Part shown: positions 9,231 through 17,722 of the stretch, piece by piece
Position numbering within the stretch: position 1 is the first letter of the stretch
Layout: every line of letters begins with the position of its first letter
DNA from: Rubripirellula sp.
GTDB lineage: Bacteria > Planctomycetota > Planctomycetia > Pirellulales > Pirellulaceae
Assembly: GCA_965216875.1 (NCBI GenBank)
Contig: OZ244207.1
Location: 32,001-96,000 of the forward strand
Direction: 5' to 3'
DNA: 64,000 nt
Made by a program: the position numbers and the translations under genes
Notes under the pieces: generated by a model
Databases searched by the model: none
The model's input: only the letters and a program-made list of their open reading frames with translations
Told to the model about the DNA's origin: nothing

Positions 9231-10640
9231 CTACTCGCCCTGTAAATCGAGATTTCGTGCCACGGCGACCAGCCCCTCGTAGACCTCGTCTGGGACATCG
9301 GGGACGTCTGGACCTGACGGCTTGTTCTGCGCAAGGGCCTTGGCAAAGTACTGGCGTCCAAGGCAGTCGTGTAAGAAATTGACATGAGGTGTCAGAGAAC
9401 CAATTCCGGACGCGACTAACGCGTTTGTCGAGGCGGGCGTCCGCCGCCAGAGCGTCGGCACAACGGTGGTCCAGGTAGTGCCTTCGTGGGTGAATGCAAT
9501 CTGTTTCAAGTGGACCGCGGCGAGAATTCGCTTTCCAATCAGCCCGCGTTTTGACGAAGTTTCGACTGCTGTCGCCTCAAAAACCTTGGTGAAAACATCT
9601 TGTAGCGAACCGGCATGCAACGTTGTCACAACGAGGTGCCCCGTTCCTGCGAAGTCAATCAGTTCCTTGAGGTCTTGCTTCTTGCGGGTCTCGCCCACAA
9701 GCATGCAGGCTGGTGTCTGACGCAACGCGTCGACAAAGACATCGGCAAGGTCGTCGTAGTCTTTGTTGTTTCGGTCCCGTGCTGTGTAATCAATGATGTC
9801 GGATAGTTGCGGGACTCCATCCCGCGGTGGTTTTGCAAACCATGTTTCAACCGGGTCTTCACACGTCAGCAAATGGGGATTGCGCTCTTTGTGTTTTCGC
9901 AAAAAGCCGTAGGTCTTCTCATGCTCAAAGAGCATGTGGATCATGGCTCGAGTGATCAGGCTTTTGGCGCTCTTGGTTTGTCCCGCAATCAATATCGCGC
10001 CGTGGAGCGATTCCAAGGCTGGCTCGGGACGTTTCTTTTCTTGTCGCGGCTCATGAAGGAACACCTCGTTGAACAGCATTTCGGCAATTTGTGCAATGCT
10101 GCAAGTGTTCGGTGGATCAAAGTCCGTCTTTCCCTTGTAACCCGACGTTTTGACGAGCTTGTTGATCCGATCCTGCTTCGTTTCGATGACGGGGCTGGCT
10201 GTTTCGCCCTCGAGCCTGATGACCCATTTGGCAGTGCGGAGTTCGGCTAGGATTTCATCAGGTGTCTTGTCCTGGTTGGTTTCAAGATTGAGAAACGTTT
10301 CGAGTTGCTTTTTCGCAGTCTTGATGTCGCTACCGTCCGCTCGGACGGTCGTGCTCGTTAACGTTTCACGCTTTTTCTCCTCACCGCGCACGTTGCTGCA
10401 CATGCAGAGGAGGCATCGGCCCTTGAACTTCACTTCCGTGTCGTCTGGCAGTCTCGCAGTGAACTCATGATCTGCGCTAAGGGAATGTTCTAACGAAGCA
10501 TCGGTGTTAGAAAACTCCTTGGCGAGTCTATGAAGGCCGTTGTCCAAGTAGAACGTGAAGTCGCTATCCAATTGAATGTTCGACCACACCTTCGTTTCGT
10601 GGTTATAGTCAACTCGACCGTAAAGAGTAGGGACAACCAA
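9231..10640 (-). CDS. PilT/VirB11 (T2SS/T4P) family ATPase-like protein with degenerate Walker A
   Basis: GAILIAGQTKSAKS, Asp box TCEDPVE, ALRQTPACMLVGETR, His box GTGHLVVTTLH; start codon uncertain (TTG). Confidence 0.8.
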   Translation of the reverse strand: MVVPTLYGRVDYNHETKVWSNIQLDSDFTFYLDNGLHRLAKEFSNTDASLEHSLSADHEFTARLPDDTEVKFKGRCLLCMCSNVRGEEKKRETLTSTTVRADGSDIKTAKKQLETFLNLETNQDKTPDEILAELRTAKWVIRLEGETASPVIETKQDRINKLVKTSGYKGKTDFDPPNTCSIAQIAEMLFNEVFLHEPRQEKKRPEPALESLHGAILIAGQTKSAKSLITRAMIHMLFEHEKTYGFLRKHKERNPHLLTCEDPVETWFAKPPRDGVPQLSDIIDYTARDRNNKDYDDLADVFVDALRQTPACMLVGETRKKQDLKELIDFAGTGHLVVTTLHAGSLQDVFTKVFEATAVETSSKRGLIGKRILAAVHLKQIAFTHEGTTWTTVVPTLWRRTPASTNALVASGIGSLTPHVNFLHDCLGRQYFAKALAQNKPSGPDVPDVPDEVYEGLVAVARNLDLQGE

Positions 10641-10822
10641 TTGCTTGCTGGTCCATCGTCGTGGTTCTCTCGAAGAGCCGGAGCCATCCAGGAAAGCTCA
10701 CGGCGCACCGCCTTGGTGGGAGCTTGAAACTACGTACGCGAACAACCAGCGTCTATGGAAACCAGAGGGAAGGCCTGGGGACACCCTTCGGGGCAATCGC
10801 GACTTGCCAGGCCTCGCGCCTG

Positions 10823-10918
10823 CGTAGGGTGTGTGCTTGCACGCACCGCCAAGAGACCAAGCACGGAGAGACCAAGCGGGAAGAGACAAGCTTGGTGCGC
10901 GCAAGCACACACCCTACG
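10823..10918. repeat. GTAG-type REP pair (family A)
   Basis: CGTAGGGTGTGTGCTTGCACGCACC ... GGTGCGCGCAAGCACACACCCTACG inverted pair; further copies at 36428-36829 and 51094. Confidence 0.85.
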
Positions 10919-10939
10919 GAAGAGATTTGATACTGCGGA

Positions 10940-13129
10940 CTAGTTTGTGGCGATCATGTCGAAGAGGTCGCTGGGGTTTGCCGCGCTGAGGATGCGGTCG
11001 CGCTGGGTTGGGTTTCCGATGAGTCGGGCGATGAAGGAGAGATGATCGAGATGCTCGTCGGCTTTGCCAATCGGGCTGAGAAGCATAAAGACGATCTCGA
11101 TCGGACGCCCTGTGAGTGGACAAATGACTTGGTTGTTCGGTCGCGCAACGACCACGCTGGTTTGCTCGACTTCGGATGTCCAAGCGTGTGGCAGCGCGAT
11201 GCCATTTCCCAAAAGACTTGTGTACTCTTCCTCGCGTTCCCACATGTTTGTCAGCAGTTTCTCTGCGTCGATTGCTGGGTTGCGTTTTTGTAGATGCTCT
11301 ACCATCTCACGGTACAGGTCCTTCAGTTCGCCACGATCGCTGAAGATCACATCCTCGCGATTGAGTGGCAAACGGAGGCGTTGTTGTCCGAGTTGCCAGT
11401 CGTACACCAACCACTCTTCGTCATCGGGCGATGCTTGTTCGGGGCTGCCCGCGATGACGGACTTGGCTCGCACCGTCATCATGATCTCTTCGGGCAGTGG
11501 TGGTGCGCCCGAGTCACTTGCCCGGTTATGAAGCGGGGCGGGGCCGCTGCCAGGTTCCATCCAACGATTCAGCGGTATCTCTTTCCAAACGCGTGTGCCA
11601 GCGAGAAGGTGTTGGTTGTCCGTCGTTTCATAACCCGACTTTTCCCAGCGTAGTATCTGTTTGCCCTCGAGCAACTCGGACCATCGGCTGCAGAGCATGC
11701 GGTTGAGGTCGGGATTGGGGGTGAGCGCGAGCAGGTTCCCGCACGCGAAAAGCGACGGGTGTTCTTCGGGCTTGAGCAACATCGCATCTTCGTTCAACGC
11801 GATCAGTCCCTCTTGTTGGGCGAGCCGGATTTCTCTGGCATTGGTGTCGATCAAGACAACGGAAACACCATGTTTGCGAAAGAATCTCGCGATCTGTCGG
11901 CCGAGGGCATGGCAACCGACAATCACCCAGCCATCGGGTACGGGGCGAAGCACGCCAAGGAAGTGCCCAACCGTCCCCGCCGTGAAGCCTTGAATGATCA
12001 CGGTGGCGGCGATCACCGAATAGGTAAACGCCTCAAGAAAAGGGGCCTCTTTGGAACCCGACTCGGTCATTGCCAAGGCAAACACGGAAGCCATGGATGC
12101 AGCCACAATGCCACGTGGCGCGATCCAACTGAGAAAGAGTTTCTCGTTCAGTTTCAGGTTGCTGCGGCGAGTCGACAAAAAGACATTCAGCGGTCGAATG
12201 ACAAACATCATGCCCAACACAACCGCGGGCAGTTGCCAACCGTAATCGAAAAAAGCAGAGAGTTTCAGATTGGCGGCCAACAAGACAAAGAGAAGTCCAA
12301 TCAAGAAGTCCTTCAGTTCCGCCTTGTAACTGACAATGTCCCTTTGCTGAGGCGTTTTGAGCAAGCCGAGAATCAGTCCTGCGACCGTAACGCTTAGCAA
12401 ACCGCTTTCGGAAATCATCAGGTCGGCGATCGCAAAGTTCAACATCGCCATCGCGAGCACGAAGATGTTGGTGTGCTCTTCGTCAATCCATCGGCGACGA
12501 AGAACAAAGTCGAGTGCATAGCCAAAGGCGACGCCAAGAACGCTGCCGATCGCGAAGCGGAGCAAAAAGTCCTGTAGCACTAACTGTTGCGATCCATCTG
12601 TGCTGACATAGTATTCAAAGCAAAGCAGCGCAATGAACACGCCGATCGGATCAATAAGCACTCCCTCCCAGTGCAAGATGGCCTGCAGTTTGGGCTGAGC
12701 CCGAATGCGATGTAAAAGGGGACCGATGACAGTCGGTCCCGTGACGATCACCAGACTTGCCGACATGAGGCAGAAGACCCAGTCGAAACCGAATGCAAGT
12801 TTAAGGAGCGCCGTGGTGCCCAGCCATGTGACCAGCACGCCAACGGACAGGATGCGAAGAATCTCGCTACTGACAGTCTTGTAGTCGCTAATGTCAAGCG
12901 TCAGCCCGCCTTCGAACAAAATGATCGCGACGGCAAGCGAGATGAGGATACCGAGTCCGTCACCAAGTGCACTCGGGTTCACAATGCCCAAGCATTCGGG
13001 GCCGGCAAGGACACCACCGATCAAGAGCAACGCGATCGCCGAGGTGCGAAGGTAATTGGCGATCGAAAAAAGGCACACGCCCAGGGCGGCAGCCACCGTA
13101 AAGGTTGTGAGCAGTTCGTGAGGATGCAT
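10940..13129 (-). CDS. NhaP/CPA1 cation:proton antiporter with TrkA-N (RCK) and PTS EIIA domains
   Basis: Many TM helices, LFEGGL, TGPTV, EGVLID, IAPRGIVAAS; IVGCHALG Rossmann motif; EREEEYTSLLGNGIALPH EIIA motif. Confidence 0.9.
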   Translation of the reverse strand: MHPHELLTTFTVAAALGVCLFSIANYLRTSAIALLLIGGVLAGPECLGIVNPSALGDGLGILISLAVAIILFEGGLTLDISDYKTVSSEILRILSVGVLVTWLGTTALLKLAFGFDWVFCLMSASLVIVTGPTVIGPLLHRIRAQPKLQAILHWEGVLIDPIGVFIALLCFEYYVSTDGSQQLVLQDFLLRFAIGSVLGVAFGYALDFVLRRRWIDEEHTNIFVLAMAMLNFAIADLMISESGLLSVTVAGLILGLLKTPQQRDIVSYKAELKDFLIGLLFVLLAANLKLSAFFDYGWQLPAVVLGMMFVIRPLNVFLSTRRSNLKLNEKLFLSWIAPRGIVAASMASVFALAMTESGSKEAPFLEAFTYSVIAATVIIQGFTAGTVGHFLGVLRPVPDGWVIVGCHALGRQIARFFRKHGVSVVLIDTNAREIRLAQQEGLIALNEDAMLLKPEEHPSLFACGNLLALTPNPDLNRMLCSRWSELLEGKQILRWEKSGYETTDNQHLLAGTRVWKEIPLNRWMEPGSGPAPLHNRASDSGAPPLPEEIMMTVRAKSVIAGSPEQASPDDEEWLVYDWQLGQQRLRLPLNREDVIFSDRGELKDLYREMVEHLQKRNPAIDAEKLLTNMWEREEEYTSLLGNGIALPHAWTSEVEQTSVVVARPNNQVICPLTGRPIEIVFMLLSPIGKADEHLDHLSFIARLIGNPTQRDRILSAANPSDLFDMIATN

Positions 13130-13425
13130 GCGAAACGTATTGGCTGCGAGGCGAAGGAGTGAACTCGAGCTGAATTAACGGGAGTGACGGATTCATCGAC
13201 ACCAACCGCCGCAGCCAACAAGCTTGGACCACACCGGAAAAATACCGCCTGAGCGTCGATGCATCTACCGGCGTGGGCAAAGCGGTGAGTGGACCTGCCC
13301 CACCGACGCACAGTGTCGGGTTTGCCGCCCAACGCAAATCGCCACTATTTTGAGGATTCGTCGAAGTCGCTCAAAGAGCAATCTCGAGGAACCAACGCTT
13401 GATGAGGCTGGGCACGTCTTGATGT

Positions 13426-15354
13426 TCAATCTCTCGTATGACGGAAGGTGGAGCCTGGCGTGACGACTTCTAGCTTTCCAGAGCCCCAAGGTGAATGAAT
13501 CACCGGGCTTTCGTAGAGGGCGGCAGTAGAAAGGTTTCGACGTTTTCCATTGCGCCAGACGCCAAGATCCAGCGGATCATCGTTCCAGTGAATACCGAGG
13601 TGCTTGCCATCGCTCGATTTGTAGCGTGCGACCCCTTGTTCGAGTTCACTCTCATCAACAACGGCAGCCAAGACCGCTTGAACAAAACGATCAAAAGAAC
13701 CATGTGACTCGCGCTCGCCCACCTCGATTGCCAACCCGCAATAGGACTTGGCGTTTCCCTTCGCACTCAGCACTTGGTGGTTAGGAAAGCGATTCTTTTT
13801 CGAATCGTTCAAATGCTTGGTCAACGCAGCGTCGAATTGAACGGTTGTTGTTCCGAGTGGTCTGATTGCGATCCACGTTCGATCGCATTGCAAAAAGGTC
13901 ACCCCTTTCTTTTCGCTGGCAACGACGTGGTCAGGCACGACCCACAACCAAGGTGAGTCACCGCTTTGCGCCAGCCAGAGTGCCACGTTCTCTTGTTGGG
14001 CGACTCGGTTCTCGTGCGTGACGATGCCCGATTTGTACATGGGCGACCCAGGGTGCGCCGGGTCATGGCCGGGGACGGCATGCAACGCGATCGTGCCGTT
14101 TCGTTTGTCATACGCGAGGATTTTGAAACCGTTGACGTCACCGCCGTCGATCGACGTGCCACCAGTCAGAGATCCCATTTGGTAGCTGTTGGCGATGTAC
14201 TGGGTCTCGACGTACTCGGGCTTGCTCTCGAGCCGAAAGCCCGTTGTTGCATCATAGGAAGGCTTCGCGGCGAAGATCTCGACAGGCTTGTTGATCTGTT
14301 TGCGTGCGAGGTGCACAGCGGCCAAGGGTGGTCGGTAGGCGCTTGTGATTTGATGCACTTCGTCCGATTCCCAATGGTCTTGTTTTCCGGTTGGGTGATC
14401 GCCAAACCACATCCAAAGTGAATTTGCTGCACTTCCGCCGAACGGTTGGGCATGGTTGTAGTCGCGTTTGGTCGGACCGTTGAATCCGCCTCGCCAGTAC
14501 TTGATCGCACCCGCAATGGAATAGAAATCGAGGCACGCCTTGGCTGCTGATTTGACGTCGCGGTCTTTGGCAAAGTCGTAAAGGTTTAGCAGGGGGGCGA
14601 TGGAATGTCCGTGGTAGTTTTCGGAATCCCATTCGCCGATGCCGACGCGATAGAGCGTCTTGGAGTAGTTGAGAATCTGTTGTCGGTAGAGGTCACGCGT
14701 TGCCTCGTTGCCAGTTTCTTCGGCCATCAAGTAAACGCTTGTTGTGCGCATCAACCAGAGGTTCTCGGTGCTGCGAACGTCTACCCAACTGTTGCGCGCA
14801 TCCGGTCCCCAGCCTTCTTTTTTGCCTTCGTACGCGTAGTGAGGACGACGTAGCGGGTCTTTCGATGTCCAGCGATTTGCGCCGTCAAACATTTGTTTGC
14901 GGTAGGCCGGATCGAGTAGGTCGCCAAAGTAGAAGTACTTTCGCATTTGATGCTTCAGCGTGAAACAAGCGAAATAGTCGATGCCAAGTGTTTCGCGATG
15001 CCACAGCTCATGTTGATGGTCACGAGCCTGCAGGTGCTTCAGTGCAATTGCATGGTTTCCGCCCAAGACATGGGCCATGAGGAAACCGTACGATCGCTTT
15101 TCATTCTCGAAGTAGGTGTTGACGCCCGCTTTGGTGTCGCGCGTTTGCGCTGTGATGACGTCGTGGGCGCGTCGCTGAAACTCGTCTTCGAGTTCTTGCG
15201 GCCAGTGGTTGATCAAATCCGACGGAATTGACTTTGCGTGGTACGTCGTTTTGTCACCCTCTCGTGAAACCATCTTTGTGAGGTCCCACTGTGCCAAAGA
15301 GTGGCCACTTGAGCCCCACAAGAGAAAGCAGAACAAATAGTAATAGCGATACAC
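13426..15354 (-). CDS. Secreted hypothetical protein, possibly heparinase/polysaccharide-lyase-like
   Basis: 642-aa ORF with signal peptide; TENLWLM and GEWDSENY...LLNLYDFA helical region followed by a beta-rich C-terminus; function is a guess. Confidence 0.6.
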   Translation of the reverse strand: MYRYYYLFCFLLWGSSGHSLAQWDLTKMVSREGDKTTYHAKSIPSDLINHWPQELEDEFQRRAHDVITAQTRDTKAGVNTYFENEKRSYGFLMAHVLGGNHAIALKHLQARDHQHELWHRETLGIDYFACFTLKHQMRKYFYFGDLLDPAYRKQMFDGANRWTSKDPLRRPHYAYEGKKEGWGPDARNSWVDVRSTENLWLMRTTSVYLMAEETGNEATRDLYRQQILNYSKTLYRVGIGEWDSENYHGHSIAPLLNLYDFAKDRDVKSAAKACLDFYSIAGAIKYWRGGFNGPTKRDYNHAQPFGGSAANSLWMWFGDHPTGKQDHWESDEVHQITSAYRPPLAAVHLARKQINKPVEIFAAKPSYDATTGFRLESKPEYVETQYIANSYQMGSLTGGTSIDGGDVNGFKILAYDKRNGTIALHAVPGHDPAHPGSPMYKSGIVTHENRVAQQENVALWLAQSGDSPWLWVVPDHVVASEKKGVTFLQCDRTWIAIRPLGTTTVQFDAALTKHLNDSKKNRFPNHQVLSAKGNAKSYCGLAIEVGERESHGSFDRFVQAVLAAVVDESELEQGVARYKSSDGKHLGIHWNDDPLDLGVWRNGKRRNLSTAALYESPVIHSPWGSGKLEVVTPGSTFRHTRD

Positions 15355-15453
15355 GGCATCGATTCCCGGTTGATTGAGTTCCGTCGGCTAACTGGCAACA
15401 GAACGTGCTTTCCAGCAAATCATACCCAACGCGTCTGCGACGCATCCCCTTTC

Positions 15454-15775
15454 TGTCGTGATGCCGGCAGACCAGCTGGGCTCTCGGAGAAGCGAACCAC
15501 TCATCAACACTCATCGAACACTGATCAGGCCGAGCAGGGGCATGTTCATTAGTGTTCGATTCAAAGGATCTGTGTTCCCAGACTTGAGAACTCTGTTCCC
15601 GCGATCATTGGTCTCGGTGTTGGCGGTGTCATCGCGTCCTCATCTTATTGTGTTGCCGTTAGACCAGCTGGGCTCTCGGAGAGGCAAACCACTCATCAAC
15701 ACTCATCGAACACTGATCAGGCCGAGCAGGGGCGCATTCACTAGTGTTCGATTTCAAGGATCAGTGTTCCCAGAC
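15454..15775 (+). repeat. Two direct copies (15454-15595, 15648-15775) of a ~135-bp dispersed repeat
   Basis: Shared AGACCAGCTGGGCTCTCGGAGA...CATCAACACTCATCGAACACTGATCAGGCCGAGCAGGGGC...TAGTGTTCGA; third copy inverted at 51122-51263. Confidence 0.9.
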
Positions 15776-15804
15776 GAAAATATCGACTCGACAGCGCACA
15801 AACT

Positions 15805-16233
15805 CTATGCGCCACTCATCACCGCGATTCCGATAAACGCGATGGCTCCGAAGACCAACAGCAATGAGAGGCCGCAAAGGATGGTGCCAATGATGCCGAT
15901 GACTAATGCGGCGGTTTCGATCCCACGTCCCGTCGGATCCATTTCACCGGCGTCGATGAGCTTGATGTCTCGTCGTGCGAGCAACCATGCTGGCACGGAA
16001 AGCCCTAGGCCAAACATGGAAATCACTGGGCACGTGACCCACCCCATCAGTGCAACGCAAAGGCCAAGGATGCCCAAGGTGAGTGTTAGTCCGCCCATGT
16101 GTGGGCGGTACGTCGAATTAGGACCTTGCACTGGTGTCGGACGCGTCGCGGGAATCTCAGATTGAAGCGGAGACGCGAACGGATTGGGGTCGTTGTTTGG
16201 ATCTTCGTAAGGTGGCGGAAATCCTTGGCTCAT
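15805..16233 (-). CDS. DUF4190-like small membrane protein
   Basis: Start at MSQGFPPP; NPFASP motif; two to three TM helices; ARRDIKLIDAGEMDPTGRG. Confidence 0.8.
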   Translation of the reverse strand: MSQGFPPPYEDPNNDPNPFASPLQSEIPATRPTPVQGPNSTYRPHMGGLTLTLGILGLCVALMGWVTCPVISMFGLGLSVPAWLLARRDIKLIDAGEMDPTGRGIETAALVIGIIGTILCGLSLLLVFGAIAFIGIAVMSGA

Positions 16234-16328
16234 CCAATCATTCGTCCTGGTGAGTGAAAACGCGACTCGAACTCGCAAATTGTAGTCTATCAGGCCACGA
16301 TCCGCTCTGATCGGGGCGCGGATCGGTC

Positions 16329-17441
16329 CTAGGAGAACATTTCTTCGATCTGTTCGATGTAGTCGAGCGCTTCTTCCGGCTGCACGACGTCTGCTCCCGG
16401 AACACGACCGTCGCGATCGCATTGCCCAAGTGCCAGCAGGTCCTCGTACCAAGGATGGGACGCCAGCTTTCGCTTACGCCGTGCGCCGATGGTGTGATCG
16501 ACGATCTTGTGAACTTCCATGTGGTGCGCGATCAACCAGCCGGTGCGGTCGGTAATGAACCCGTCGAGTGCTTCGAGACCTGCAAGCACATGGTCGTCGG
16601 GATCGATCGCCTTGCCGACATCGTGCAGCAGTGCTGCAAGCAAGAACTCTTCGTCGTACGGCGCCTCTTGTTGAGCGAGCGAATAGACCTGCATTGAATG
16701 AAACAGGGCGTCGCCTTCAGGGTGGTAACGCGGATTCTGCTGGACGTTTTCGAGCGGAGTCAGTAGCGACAAGAAGACGGCAAACCGATCAGGGCAGCTG
16801 TCCATTTCGGCTAATGACTTCGCCTGTTGGGCTGCATCGACGTCGTGTTCGAGTGCGATCAGTTTTTCGAGTTGTGAAAGACTCGCTCGTTCAATCGCTT
16901 TTCCTGTGATGGAACTTCGAAACCGAAATCCCAACAGCGAAGGATGGTAGACCGTCAATTCAACCGGGTATTCGTCGGCGACGTGAATATGCGTGAAGAC
17001 TCGCTGCTCGCCATCCTTCTGGATCCGCTTTCGCTCGAGCTCGTAGCTGGCACCCCAATCATCCAGTTCAAGCGTGATCGCGTGAGGGTTGGCGGCGAAG
17101 ACATGGATGTCGATGTCCGATCCTTCGCGAATCGAACCGGTCAAGACGCTGCCAATGATCCGCGGATGGAAAGGAGCCAAGCGAGTCAGCCACCACTTGG
17201 CCCGCAAACGCATTTTGTATAGCCGTTCATCGCGTCCCTCGGCCCCTTCGTGCAGCCGAGCGAGCAGTTGGACCTGCTCGCGTATTTCCGCATTGGTTGG
17301 CAAGTCGGCAGGTTTCACCCAGCCTTTGGTGATCCGTCGCGAAGCCTTTTGCTTTGCATGGTAGTACTCCGTTACTTCACGCGAGTACATCAGACGCGCC
17401 GCTTCCCAAGCGATTTGGCGACGCAATTTCGAAGAAGTCAT
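16329..17441 (-). CDS. Nucleotidyltransferase (pol-beta superfamily) fused to HD domain
   Basis: GSVLTG...SDIDIH NTase motif; YHPEGDALFHS and ALLHDVGK HD motif; start taken at MTSSKLRR. Confidence 0.85.
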   Translation of the reverse strand: MTSSKLRRQIAWEAARLMYSREVTEYYHAKQKASRRITKGWVKPADLPTNAEIREQVQLLARLHEGAEGRDERLYKMRLRAKWWLTRLAPFHPRIIGSVLTGSIREGSDIDIHVFAANPHAITLELDDWGASYELERKRIQKDGEQRVFTHIHVADEYPVELTVYHPSLLGFRFRSSITGKAIERASLSQLEKLIALEHDVDAAQQAKSLAEMDSCPDRFAVFLSLLTPLENVQQNPRYHPEGDALFHSMQVYSLAQQEAPYDEEFLLAALLHDVGKAIDPDDHVLAGLEALDGFITDRTGWLIAHHMEVHKIVDHTIGARRKRKLASHPWYEDLLALGQCDRDGRVPGADVVQPEEALDYIEQIEEMFS

Positions 17442-17522
17442 CGGCGGGGTTCGGAGACCGCGAACCCGAAACACGAGTGCATAGACAGAATCGTAAGCGT
17501 CATCGTTGCCTGAGCAGGCACT

Positions 17523-17711
17523 GCGGTCAAGCCGTTTTTATCCACCCGTCTCTTGTTGTGATTGCAATTCTCGGCGGAAGCGTGTGAAGATTCCGGCTGA
17601 AGCCGGTACTACGAACGGAGCGGTCAAGCCGTTTTTATCCACCCGTCTCTTGTTGCGGTTGCGATTCTCGGCGGAAGCGTGTGAAGATTCCGGCTGAAGC
17701 CGGTACTACGA
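17523..17711 (+). repeat. 97-bp tandem duplication containing REP-like GATTCCGGCTGAAGCCGGTACTAC
   Basis: Units start at 17523 and 17620 and are near identical; the same core occurs twice at 62767-62970. Confidence 0.9.
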
Positions 17712-17722
17712 GCGGGCAAGAA

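Noticed and set aside
15458..16165. 235-aa ORF with internal repeat; likewise 36257-36940 and 50819-51259
   Set aside because: Translations of DNA repeat elements
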